Below are positions 17,101 to 24,812 of a DNA stretch of 33,144 nt, piece after piece. Origin of the DNA: Candidatus Nomurabacteria bacterium RIFCSPLOWO2_01_FULL_36_10b (GTDB taxonomy: Bacteria > Patescibacteriota > Minisyncoccia > Phycocordibacterales > UBA1006); contig MFUQ01000003.1 of NCBI GenBank assembly GCA_001785725.1, forward strand, positions 1-33,144, written 5' to 3'. The stretch's first letter is position 1, and each line of letters begins with the position of its first letter. The notes under the pieces are model-generated. The model did not search any database. It was not told the origin of the DNA and saw only the letters and a program-made list of their open reading frames with translations. The translations under genes and the position numbers were made by a program.

Positions 17101-17755
17101 TATGATGCACGGATTCAGCACCAATACCAGCTTCAAATAAAGTACTATATTTCATTGAAAATGAATTATACTCAATTTCATTTAATACTTTATGAACACG
17201 AATATTAGTAATTTCATTACGTGTTTTCTGATAAAGGGTTTTAAACTTTTCTTGTTCATTTTCATCAATCAAAGTTTTAAGTTTAGATTTATATTCAACC
17301 TCAAGTTCTTTAAGAATTTTTATACGCTCACCCTCATCAACATGCGTAACAATGTATCCAGCAAAATAAATTACTTTTTCAAGTTGTGTAACTGATACAT
17401 CAAGCAACATGCTCATACGTGATGGAATGCCACGCAACATCCAAATATGAGCAACTGGGCTTGCAAGTTCAATGTGACCCATGCGTTCACGACGTACAAT
17501 AGAACGTGTTATTTCTACACCACATTTTTCACATATAATACCTTTATAACGGATTCCTTTATACTTACCACAGTAACATTGGAAATCTTTTTCAGGGCCG
17601 AATATACGCTCATCAAATAGACCGCCACGTTCACTGCGCCCTGTACGATAATTAATTGTCTCTGGCTTTTGAATTTCGCCTCGTGACCAACTTCGTATAA
17701 TGTCTGGAGATGCAAGACGTAAAGATAAAGCATTAAGATGTTCATTGGTTTTCAT
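14114..17755 (-). CDS. rpoC: DNA-directed RNA polymerase subunit beta'
   Basis: Zn-finger CYCGKYKGIRYKGIICEKCGVE, the catalytic NADFDGDQMAVH motif, and bridge helix and trigger-loop regions (GARGT..QL, GLTPLEYF). The ATG at 17755 is preferred over the TTG at 17800, which would overlap rpoB by 29 nt. Confidence 0.97.
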   Translation of the reverse strand: MKTNEHLNALSLRLASPDIIRSWSRGEIQKPETINYRTGRSERGGLFDERIFGPEKDFQCYCGKYKGIRYKGIICEKCGVEITRSIVRRERMGHIELASPVAHIWMLRGIPSRMSMLLDVSVTQLEKVIYFAGYIVTHVDEGERIKILKELEVEYKSKLKTLIDENEQEKFKTLYQKTRNEITNIRVHKVLNEIEYNSFSMKYSTLFEAGIGAESVHHIFKSMNLEQVQAELEHELEKTEKATRDKIEKRLILVRSMLRSGVRPEWMFLTVIPIIPPALRPMVALEGGRHATSDVNDLYRRVINRNNRLKKLKEIGAPDVILRNEKRILQEAVDSLIDNTIRKTSGSAAMSQAQRRQLKSLADNLKGKQGLFRSNLLGKRVDYSGRSVIVVGPNLKLNECGLPKYMALELFKPFVMSEIIKRELAFNIRGAGKLVEDTDPIVWEILEEVIKGKYVLLNRAPTLHRLSIQAFNPVLIEGKAIQIHPLVCSAFNADFDGDQMAVHVPLSDQAQREARELIAANKNLLRPQTGEPVTTPSQDIVLGCYWMTSVVEGSLGEGRIFGSVNEAITSYDFGMINFRAKIMVRGSNTPKYFAFKGELFPTTVGRLLFNSIFPDDFPFVDGSVTKKILNKTIQKVINQYGIDATPPMLDRIKAFGNQYATLSGTTFGIDEPTVPKEKKALVIDAKKRVDIINDQFSEGLISDQERYRMTIEVWSDITRKIQSILEKEVPNIQSINDMLVSGARGTLSQLNQSSGMKGVIVNAKGQELDFPIISSYKEGLTPLEYFINTTTARKGLTDTALNTAKAGYLTRRLHDVAQDVVIMSEDCGTKDGILISSQNVDGIERSLSDLIYGRVVSEDIVDNSKNVIAKRNTLITKELASEIETSGIKSCSVRSPLTCSMFHGLCRHCYGMDLGRNGLVRLGEAVGTVASQAIGEPGTQLTLRTFHSGGVTGRDITQGLPRVEEIFERRIPKVPAVIAHDNGMITDLKKVDGKFVITLTADASGKSASSSKSVDYVVDARRVPIIKKGQEVTAGQTLTDGSIDTLELFRVAGKKITESYIVNEVAKVYELHGTPVDRKHLDLIIRQMFSRRKVTEPGDSLFSTGEIVENSVLAENNTRLEKEGKLSAKAEIMLMGISDVALSTTSWLSSASFQHTNRVLITAAIQGRVDTLRGLKENVIIGGLIPAGTGFDANFVDMTGIRTTTAESSDVIE

Positions 17756-17771
17756 ATATAGTGTTATGAGA

Positions 17772-20700
17772 TTAATATCTATAATTTCTTTCTTCTTCAA
17801 TTCGACTTTCGTGAAATTCTACATCTAATGCTAATCCTCTAAGATAATTCACTAAGACATTGAATGACGCTGGTATTGTTGGAGTACTAATATTGTTTCC
17901 TTTGATTATTGCGTCAAATGCTTGTGAACGACCAATAATGTCATCTGATTTAACTGTAAGCATCTCACGCAATGTATACGCCGCACCATATCCTTCTAAT
18001 GCCCATACTTCCATTTCTCCAAAACGCTGTCCACCGGATTGACTCTTCCCACCTAACGGTTGTTGTGTAATAAGAGAGTAAGGGCCAATCGCTCGCGCAT
18101 GCATCTTATCATCAACCATGTGATGAAGTTTCATAATATACATGTATCCGACAGCAACTGGTTGAGCATATTCTTCACCAGTTTGACCATCATACAATTT
18201 TACTTTCCCACTTCTATCAAACCCCGCCTTTTCAAGTTCATCTTTAATTTCGTCTTCTGTTGGGCTTGCAAATGAAGGGACAATCGCTTGATAATTCAAA
18301 GAGTTTGCGGCCATACCCATATGCATTTCCAATATCTGCCCTATATTCATACGCGACGGCACACCCATCGGAGTTAAAATTATATCAATAGGAGTACCAT
18401 CAGCCATATATGGCATATCTTCTTCTGGAAGAACAATTGAGATCACTCCTTTATTCCCGTGACGACCAGCAAGTTTATCTCCAACTTGAACATTCCGCAT
18501 TTCTGCAACTTCAATATAGATTTTCTTTATAATACCAGATTCAAGTTCGTGCCCTGATTCACGAGAAAAAACTTTTACTCCAATTACACGTCCCCTCTTT
18601 CCATAATCAAGACGAAGTGACGTATCTTTAACATCTCGTGCTTTTTCACCAAAGATTGACCTAAGAAGACGTTCTTCTGGAGTTAATTCTGACTCTCCCT
18701 TTGGAGTAATCTTGCCAACTAGAATATCATTCTCGTGTACTTCTGCGCCAACACGAATAACTCCGTCTTCATCAAGATCTTTCAATTTTATTTCACCAAC
18801 ATTTGGAATATCATGCGTTGTCATTTCTGGTCCTAGCTTTGTATCGCGAACAATTGACTCATATTCATGAATACGAATGCTAGTAAAAGTGCTGTCCTTT
18901 ACTAAACGCTGTGAAATCACAATCGCATCTTCAAAATTTTGGCCACGCCAACACATAAATGCCGTGAGAACATTTTGCCCTAAAGCAACTTGCCCGCTAT
19001 CAGTAGTTGAAGCATCGGCTAGCACATCATTCTTTTTTACTTTCTGATTAATATTAACTATTGGACGCTGGTGCATAACAGAGTAATCATTGCTACGCAC
19101 ATAGTTTACTAATTTGTATTTTGTTTCTTTATCTTTATTCCCAGTAACTATAATATGACGACCATCAACAGCTGTAACAATTCCATCATGCTCAGCAATT
19201 ACCATGCGCCCAGTATCGCGAGCCGCCTGCTCTTCAATTCCAGTAGCTACAATCGGCGCAGCAGGAATAATACAAGGCGTAGCTTGCTTCTGCATGTTAG
19301 AACCCATCAATGCTCTGTTAGCCGCATCGTTTTCTATAAAAGGAATAAGTGCTGAAGCCACAGAAAATGTCTGATTTGCTGCAACATCAATATATTGAAC
19401 ATCTTTCTTAGGCACAACACGTGGTTGTCCTCCTAGACGTACTTCAATATACGCACTCGTGATTTCTCCCTTATCATTATAACTAGTATTAGATTGTGTA
19501 ATCGCATATTTCTCTTCCTCATACGCATTCATATACACCACTTCGCCAGTAATTTTACCGTGTGTAACTTTAACATATGGGGTTTCCATCATCCCAAACT
19601 CATTAATACGAGCATATAGCGACATGTGAAGAATAAGACCAATATTCGGTCCTTCTGGTGTATGCACAGGGCAGATACGTCCATAATGTGATGGATGAAT
19701 GTCTCTCACTTCAAAACCAGCGCGTTCACGAGTAAGCCCGCCAGGACCAAGCGCTGATAACTGTCTAACGTTCTCAATTTCACTCAAAACATTTTCCTGT
19801 TCCATGAATTGTGACAGTTGATTTGTTGAAAAGAATTCTTTAATACGCGCCTGCAAAGGTCTTTGATTTACAACTTGAATAGGCATTGTTGTTTCATTGT
19901 CCATCGTAGACATTTTGTCTTGAATATTACGCTTCATCTGTGTCATCCCTTTTCTTATTTTTTGCTGTAGAAGCTCTCCAGCATAACGAATGCGACGGTT
20001 TCCTAGGTGGTCAATATCATCTGCGACTGAACCTGGAGTAATATTCAATTTAGCGATATATTCAACAATAAGAACTAAATCATTTTTTGTAAGAAGAGTT
20101 TTTTCTAATGAAGCGTCACTTGTATCAAGCTCAAATCTCTTATTAAATTGATACCGGCCAACACGAGATAAGTCATATCGTTCAGCAGTCCATAACGCAT
20201 TAACGAAATCTCTTACATTTTCAATGGTTGCTTGTTCACCTTCTCGTAACTTTCTATAAATTTCTATATATGAATCATTAAGCGAGTGCGCAGAATCTTT
20301 TTTGATTGATTTTCCAATAAAAGCACGGATATCTTCATTCTTAAATGCTTTTAGAATCTGCTCATCCGTTTCAAAACCAAAAACACGCAATAACGATGCC
20401 ACTGAAAACTTTCTCTTACGATCAATACGCACATAAATTACACCATCTTTTTCAGCTTCAAATTCCAACCATACCCCACGTGAAGGAATAACTTTTGCGC
20501 CAAAGAAATGTCCCTGTTTTGTATCTACTTCTGTAAAAAATATTCCATAACTGCGCGCCAACTGAGGAACTATGACACGCTCAGAACCATTGATAATAAA
20601 TGTCCCATGGCTTGTCATAACAGGAATATCAGCTAAGAATATCTCCTGCTCATGTTCTGAGTGAAGAATTTTATTAGTCAATTTAACTCGTGCTTTGATA

Positions 20701-20966
20701 GTAGCTTGATATGTCAATTTATTAAATTTGCAGTGGTGCTCATCATTTTCTGGATTAAGTACGCTAAAATCAAGAAATTCAAGAATAAATTTCTTATTCG
20801 CATAATCAGTTATCGGAGAAAACTCTGCTATAGCTTCTTTTATACCTTCTTGCAAAAATTTACTATATGAATCAACTTGAGTTTCTACTAAATTAGGGAC
20901 TGGAATTAACGGCTTATGATACCGAGAGAAATATTTTTTCTCTCTTCCTACAGTTGAAATGGCCAT
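17772..20966 (-). CDS. rpoB: DNA-directed RNA polymerase subunit beta
   Basis: FMEQENVLSEIENVRQLSALGPGGL (rif region), GRICPVHTPEGPNIGL, GRHGNKGVIS, NIGQILE, MYIMKLHHMVDDKMHARA.GPYSLITQQPLGGK.Q.GGQRFGEMEVWALE. ATG at 20966; the track GTG is at 20984. Confidence 0.97.
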   Translation of the reverse strand: MAISTVGREKKYFSRYHKPLIPVPNLVETQVDSYSKFLQEGIKEAIAEFSPITDYANKKFILEFLDFSVLNPENDEHHCKFNKLTYQATIKARVKLTNKILHSEHEQEIFLADIPVMTSHGTFIINGSERVIVPQLARSYGIFFTEVDTKQGHFFGAKVIPSRGVWLEFEAEKDGVIYVRIDRKRKFSVASLLRVFGFETDEQILKAFKNEDIRAFIGKSIKKDSAHSLNDSYIEIYRKLREGEQATIENVRDFVNALWTAERYDLSRVGRYQFNKRFELDTSDASLEKTLLTKNDLVLIVEYIAKLNITPGSVADDIDHLGNRRIRYAGELLQQKIRKGMTQMKRNIQDKMSTMDNETTMPIQVVNQRPLQARIKEFFSTNQLSQFMEQENVLSEIENVRQLSALGPGGLTRERAGFEVRDIHPSHYGRICPVHTPEGPNIGLILHMSLYARINEFGMMETPYVKVTHGKITGEVVYMNAYEEEKYAITQSNTSYNDKGEITSAYIEVRLGGQPRVVPKKDVQYIDVAANQTFSVASALIPFIENDAANRALMGSNMQKQATPCIIPAAPIVATGIEEQAARDTGRMVIAEHDGIVTAVDGRHIIVTGNKDKETKYKLVNYVRSNDYSVMHQRPIVNINQKVKKNDVLADASTTDSGQVALGQNVLTAFMCWRGQNFEDAIVISQRLVKDSTFTSIRIHEYESIVRDTKLGPEMTTHDIPNVGEIKLKDLDEDGVIRVGAEVHENDILVGKITPKGESELTPEERLLRSIFGEKARDVKDTSLRLDYGKRGRVIGVKVFSRESGHELESGIIKKIYIEVAEMRNVQVGDKLAGRHGNKGVISIVLPEEDMPYMADGTPIDIILTPMGVPSRMNIGQILEMHMGMAANSLNYQAIVPSFASPTEDEIKDELEKAGFDRSGKVKLYDGQTGEEYAQPVAVGYMYIMKLHHMVDDKMHARAIGPYSLITQQPLGGKSQSGGQRFGEMEVWALEGYGAAYTLREMLTVKSDDIIGRSQAFDAIIKGNNISTPTIPASFNVLVNYLRGLALDVEFHESRIEEERNYRY

Positions 20967-21123
20967 ACCATATACAACGCACACAATAACTCAGGGCAAA
21001 GTATATTTGCGCGGCTCTTATGATTTTTGATTAATGGACGGAAGCCAACAATAACTAAATCATTACTATAGCAGTCAAGTATACATAGAATTAATTCTTA
21101 GTCAAAGAGATATGCACAGTTAT

Positions 21124-21765
21124 TTATAATGATTTCTTCCAATTCTCAATATCCTTATGATTACCAGAAAGTAGGACATCTGGGGTACGATGCTTCTTCC
21201 CTTTCCATATTAATACTTCTGGCCGTGTGTAAACTTCATGAGAAGAAATTCGCTCTTCTTCTAATGATTCATATTTACCAAGAACACCTTTTATTTGACG
21301 CGCGATGGCATCTACAATAATCATGGCCGGCAATTCGCCCCCAGTCACAACATAATCGCCAATGGAAATTAATTCCGCTTTTAGAATTTTCTCTACACGC
21401 GCGTCTATACCTTCATATCTTCCGCAGATTAATATAATGTCAGTATATTTCTTTTCATATTCACGAGCGCGAGTATTAGTAAAATAATTTCCACCCGGCG
21501 AAAGTATTATTATTTTAAATTTCTTCTTCTGTGACTTACCGCGCGCTTTTGCGACTGCTTTAAGAACTGGTTCAGCATACATAACCATACCTGGACCACC
21601 GCCATACGGACGATCGTCGGCTTTGTGATGTTTATCCGTTGTATAATCGCGAGGATTATAAAATTTAATTTGTATCTTCTTATTACGAACAGCAACTCCA
21701 ATAACCGAGTCACTGAAGTATGACTGCATAATATCTGGGAATAACGTAACTATATGAAATATCAT
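21124..21765 (-). CDS. trmD: tRNA (guanine37-N1)-methyltransferase
   Basis: FHIVTLFPDIM, DDRPYGGGPGMVM, IILSPGG, LICGRYEGIDARV, SIGDYVVTGGELPA and LLSGNH are canonical TrmD motifs. Confidence 0.93.
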   Translation of the reverse strand: MIFHIVTLFPDIMQSYFSDSVIGVAVRNKKIQIKFYNPRDYTTDKHHKADDRPYGGGPGMVMYAEPVLKAVAKARGKSQKKKFKIIILSPGGNYFTNTRAREYEKKYTDIILICGRYEGIDARVEKILKAELISIGDYVVTGGELPAMIIVDAIARQIKGVLGKYESLEEERISSHEVYTRPEVLIWKGKKHRTPDVLLSGNHKDIENWKKSL

Positions 21766-21776
21766 TATTTATATAT

Positions 21777-21807
21777 GCAATCATCCGCGCTAAGCGCGGA
21801 TGATTGC
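21777..21807. repeat. Perfect 14-bp-stem, 3-nt-loop palindrome between the KH gene and trmD
   Basis: GCAATCATCCGCGC-taa-GCGCGGATGATTGC, read directly. It lies 10 nt after the KH stop and 12 nt before the trmD ATG. Confidence 0.8.
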
Positions 21808-21816
21808 AAAGATATA

Positions 21817-22155
21817 TTAAACAACTCCGACATCATCTTTAAGGTCAGCAATAGCAGCGTCAACATCATCAGCATTTGCGGCATGACTTGTCGTATTACC
21901 ACGATAACCGCCAGACGGTTCATTGATTTTCATATTTACGCGCTGTTGATATTTCATACCAACAACACGAAGAATGATACGTAGAGCTTTTGCGGTAGCT
22001 CCACTGCGACCAATAATTTTACCCATATCATCTTGACCCACATCTACAGTGAGAAGAACCCCCATCTCATCTACTTTACGATCAACTTTAACTAACTCTG
22101 GCTTATCAACTAGTGCTTTTAATACATAATCAAGAAATTCTTGTACAGGATCCAT
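21817..22155 (-). CDS. KH-domain RNA-binding protein (YlqC/UPF0109-like) with a C-terminal extension
   Basis: LVDKPELVKVDRKVDEMGVLLTVDVGQDDMGKIIGRSGATAKALRIILRVVG contains the KH GxxG motif (GRSG). It sits between rpsP and trmD, as in many bacteria. About 45 extra C-terminal residues are present. Confidence 0.85.
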   Translation of the reverse strand: MDPVQEFLDYVLKALVDKPELVKVDRKVDEMGVLLTVDVGQDDMGKIIGRSGATAKALRIILRVVGMKYQQRVNMKINEPSGGYRGNTTSHAANADDVDAAIADLKDDVGVV

Positions 22156-22289
22156 ATATATCTAGAAGTGAAAACAAGGGCTTATACTACAACACTCTTA
22201 TAGTCACAACATGTGTACTGATTATTAGTAAATAACAGATCGTCCGAATACTAACGACATCTGTTGTCTAAAATAGTATACAGTAAAGA

Positions 22290-22652
22290 TCAATTTTGTT
22301 CAACTGGGGCTTCCTCCACAGCAACTTCAGTTTCTTGTATTAAAGGTGAAATGATTTCTTCTTTCTTGTCTTTTTTAATAACCGTCTTCTTTGGTAATGC
22401 ATTAACTTTCTTTCCTTCAATTACTTTCTGAGAAATAAGTATATTATGAACTGTATCAGATGTTTGAGCGCCCATTGATAACCAATATTTTATACGGTCA
22501 CTAACAAGAGACGTATTCCCTGCTTTCGCATCATATGAACCAACAACTTCAATAAACTTCCCTGTCTTAGGGCCACGACTAGCCTCCGTAACAATCACAC
22601 GGAACTTTGGGTCGTGTCTCCGACCAATACGCTGTAGACGAATCTTTAACAT
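22290..22652 (-). CDS. rpsP: 30S ribosomal protein S16
   Basis: ATG at 22652: MLKIRLQRIGRRHDPKFRVIVTEASRGPKTGKFIEVVGSYD is the canonical S16 N-terminus. The C-terminal tail is K/E-rich. The longer track ORF (to 22730) runs into the repeat element. Confidence 0.93.
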   Translation of the reverse strand: MLKIRLQRIGRRHDPKFRVIVTEASRGPKTGKFIEVVGSYDAKAGNTSLVSDRIKYWLSMGAQTSDTVHNILISQKVIEGKKVNALPKKTVIKKDKKEEIISPLIQETEVAVEEAPVEQN

Positions 22653-22704
22653 ATAAAAGAAGATAGTAGCGAAAGTATTATGAAAAGTCAAATTATATAT
22701 TACT

Positions 22705-22768
22705 ATACCCCTCAGTCCTACTACGCTCAAGAGAGCTTCGTAGGACAGCTCCCCTACACTAGGGGAGC
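22705..22768 (+). repeat. GC-rich compound-hairpin repeat (family 1, copy A) in the rpsP/rnr divergent intergenic region
   Basis: ataCCCCTCA-GTCCTAC-tac-GCTC-aaga-GAGC-ttc-GTAGGAC-a-GCTCCCCT-acact-AGGGGAGC. Its ends match the reverse complement of 30418-30492. Confidence 0.8.
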
Positions 22769-22784
22769 AAAAAATTATGAATTA

Positions 22785-22793
22785 TGTTATACT
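22785..22793 (+). promoter_or_regulatory. Candidate extended -10 promoter element for rnr
   Basis: TGtTATACT at 22785-22793, 27 nt upstream of the ATG at 22820. There is no good -35. This placement argues against the upstream ATG at 22784 as the start. Confidence 0.3.
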
Positions 22794-22819
22794 CAAATTC
22801 CATAAAACACACATATTGT

Positions 22820-24745
22820 ATGAAACAAGAACAAGACACTCTAGTTGTAGGTAGTCAAATTGAAGGAACATTCTACTTTGGCAAAAATGGCGTTGGCTTC
22901 GTCCGCAATCGTGAAATAGAGCATGTAATTGAAATACCTGCCCATGCCACCGGACACGCTCTTCACAAAGACCGTGTATGTGTAACTATTACAGATATTT
23001 CAACTACAACTGGATATGTTGGGGCAGTAACAAGTATTTTACGCCGTGATAAACACGGATATATCGGTACATTGGAAAAAAAATCTGACCGTTATTTTAT
23101 TGCTTTAAGCGACCGCTATAATACAATAGAATTTACTATCCCAGAAAACGATATTGGCAAGGCTAGTGTTGGTGACCGAGTATTCGTGACTCTCACATCT
23201 TGGGAAACATTGCCAGTCGCAAAAATAGAAAAAATACTGCCACCACTTTCATCTATTGATGGGCACATGAAAGGATATGCCCTTGAACGTGGCTTTGATG
23301 AAGAATTTCCTGATAATGTATTAGCTGAAGCGCAAGAATTATCTGAACGTGGGATTACTGATGATGATAGAAAAAACAGACGTGACATGCGAGAAATTGC
23401 GACATGTACTATTGACCCTGATGACGCTAAAGATTTTGACGACGCTCTTTCTTTTGAATATCTTCCTGACGGAAACTACAGTGTAGGAGTACACATTGCT
23501 GATGTGGCTCATTATGTAATACCGGGCACAGCTCTTGACCAAGAAGCGCAAAAACGCGCGACTTCGGTTTATCTTGTTGACCGCACAATACCAATGCTAC
23601 CAGAAGCTCTGTCTAATAATCTCTGTTCTCTTAGACAAGATGAGGAAAAACTTGCTTTCTCTGTTATTGTTACACTAAATCCTAAAGGAGAAATAAGCAA
23701 TACATGGTACGGCCGTACAATAATAAAATCCAATAAAAGATTTACGTATGACGAAGCGCAGGTAGGAATTGAGGAAGGAACAGGACCTTATGCAAAAGAA
23801 TTACAAATACTTAATAACTTAGCAAAAATATATCGTGATGAACGAATTGCTTCTGGAGCGCTTACGCTTGAAAAAGAAGAACTGCGTTTCGTGCTTGATG
23901 AAGATGGACATCCTCTTGAGGTACGCAAGAAAATTCGCAAGGATGCTCATAAAATGATTGAGGAGTTTATGCTTCTAGCTAATAGATTAGTTGCTGAGTT
24001 TATGTCGCAACAATCAGGGGGTCTAATGGTATATCGTGTGCATGACAGACCAGAATTAAAACGTGTAAAAGAACTACAACAATTTCTATCAACAATGGGA
24101 TATGTCGTTCCAATTGAAGATGGCGTTGTCCCATCACATGAATTACATCGCATAATTGAAGAAGCGCCAAATAATGATGTTCGTGACGCCTTATCAATAG
24201 CGATAGCGAGATCAATGGCAAAGGCGGTGTATACAATAGATAATATTGGACACTATGGGCTTGGCTTTGAAGATTATACACACTTTACATCCCCTATTCG
24301 TAGATACCCAGACATAATGGTTCATCGTTTATTGGATTTGGCTCTTCGTGGCCATAATCTTGACCAATCAGAAGTAGAGGCGTACGAAGAATTAGCAGAA
24401 CATTCTAGTCAGCGCGAAGGCGATGCAGCTGAAGCGGAACGTACATCAATACACTATATGCAGGCGCAGTATATGCAATCCAAAGTAGGCCAAATATTTG
24501 AAGGCATGATCACTGGATTGACTAAAAATGGTATGTTTATTTCAGAACGTGATACCAAAACAGAGGGAATGGCGCTTTATCGTAATATAAAAGGCGACCA
24601 CTTTACATTTGACCCAAAACAAAATGTTGTTATCGCTGACACAAGCGGATGGACATTCCATGTTGGTGATATTGTAAAAATAAAACTTCTAAGCGTTGAC
24701 GTGGACAATAGATTGATTGACTATACCGTTCTTACAAGAAATTAG
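22820..24745 (+). CDS. rnr: Ribonuclease R / RNase II-family 3'-5' exoribonuclease
   Basis: An N-terminal OB/cold-shock-like region (GTFYFGKNGVGFV). RNB catalytic motifs IDPDDAKDFDDALS, VHIADVAHYV, TSVYLVDRTIPMLPE, HYGLGFEDYTHFTSPIRRYPD. A C-terminal S1 domain (GQIFEGMITGLTKNGMFI). The start could be 22820 or 22784. Confidence 0.9.
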   Translation: MKQEQDTLVVGSQIEGTFYFGKNGVGFVRNREIEHVIEIPAHATGHALHKDRVCVTITDISTTTGYVGAVTSILRRDKHGYIGTLEKKSDRYFIALSDRYNTIEFTIPENDIGKASVGDRVFVTLTSWETLPVAKIEKILPPLSSIDGHMKGYALERGFDEEFPDNVLAEAQELSERGITDDDRKNRRDMREIATCTIDPDDAKDFDDALSFEYLPDGNYSVGVHIADVAHYVIPGTALDQEAQKRATSVYLVDRTIPMLPEALSNNLCSLRQDEEKLAFSVIVTLNPKGEISNTWYGRTIIKSNKRFTYDEAQVGIEEGTGPYAKELQILNNLAKIYRDERIASGALTLEKEELRFVLDEDGHPLEVRKKIRKDAHKMIEEFMLLANRLVAEFMSQQSGGLMVYRVHDRPELKRVKELQQFLSTMGYVVPIEDGVVPSHELHRIIEEAPNNDVRDALSIAIARSMAKAVYTIDNIGHYGLGFEDYTHFTSPIRRYPDIMVHRLLDLALRGHNLDQSEVEAYEELAEHSSQREGDAAEAERTSIHYMQAQYMQSKVGQIFEGMITGLTKNGMFISERDTKTEGMALYRNIKGDHFTFDPKQNVVIADTSGWTFHVGDIVKIKLLSVDVDNRLIDYTVLTRN

Positions 24746-24777
24746 GTATACTACATATGATTTTTAATTTAAAATTC

Positions 24778-24805
24778 ATTTTGGCATTGCCAAAATATAT
24801 TTTTT
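24778..24805 (+). terminator. Intrinsic terminator after rnr
   Basis: ATTTTGGC-att-GCCAAAAT, a perfect 8-bp stem followed by atata and TTTTTT. It begins 33 nt after the rnr stop. Confidence 0.6.
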
Positions 24806-24812
24806 GCTTTTA

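Noticed and set aside
17756-17800. Longer rpoC start at 17800, and similar extended track starts for rpsB (6652), tsf (7413), tag (8482), rpsP (22730), proS (5823), dnaG (14111), nusB (30357), the VanY-like gene (24804) and mreC (3495)
   Set aside because: These extensions mostly begin at TTG or GTG. They overlap an upstream gene, tRNA, hairpin or repeat, and they add non-conserved residues in front of canonical N-termini. An internal ATG gives the expected protein start in each case.
14114-20966. Nested and antisense ORFs inside rpoC and rpoB (e.g. 15597..15785, 15799..16002, 15882..16124, 16398..16610, 17192..17395, 17515..17745, 17860..18042, 18060..18275, 19155..19355, 20661..20870)
   Set aside because: They are short, low-complexity translations wholly inside strongly conserved genes in other frames or on the other strand. 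They have no independent signals.
20967-21123. The 157-nt gap upstream of rpoB, and the 123-nt rpmF/beta-helix divergent gap (30727-30849), as possible small RNA genes (SRP RNA, 6S, RNase P, tmRNA)
   Set aside because: I could find no conserved motifs of these RNAs and no extended stable secondary structure by eye. The gaps are AT-rich and are most simply promoter or leader regions. A covariance-model scan (Rfam) would be the decisive test.
24778-24796. The 19-bp perfect palindrome ATTTTGGCATTGCCAAAAT, considered as an operator or sigma-54-like (TGGCA) element for the peptidase gene
   Set aside because: It lacks the GG-N10-GC spacing of sigma-54 promoters. As an 8-bp stem with a 3-nt loop followed by a T6 run just after the rnr stop, it is better explained as the rnr intrinsic terminator.
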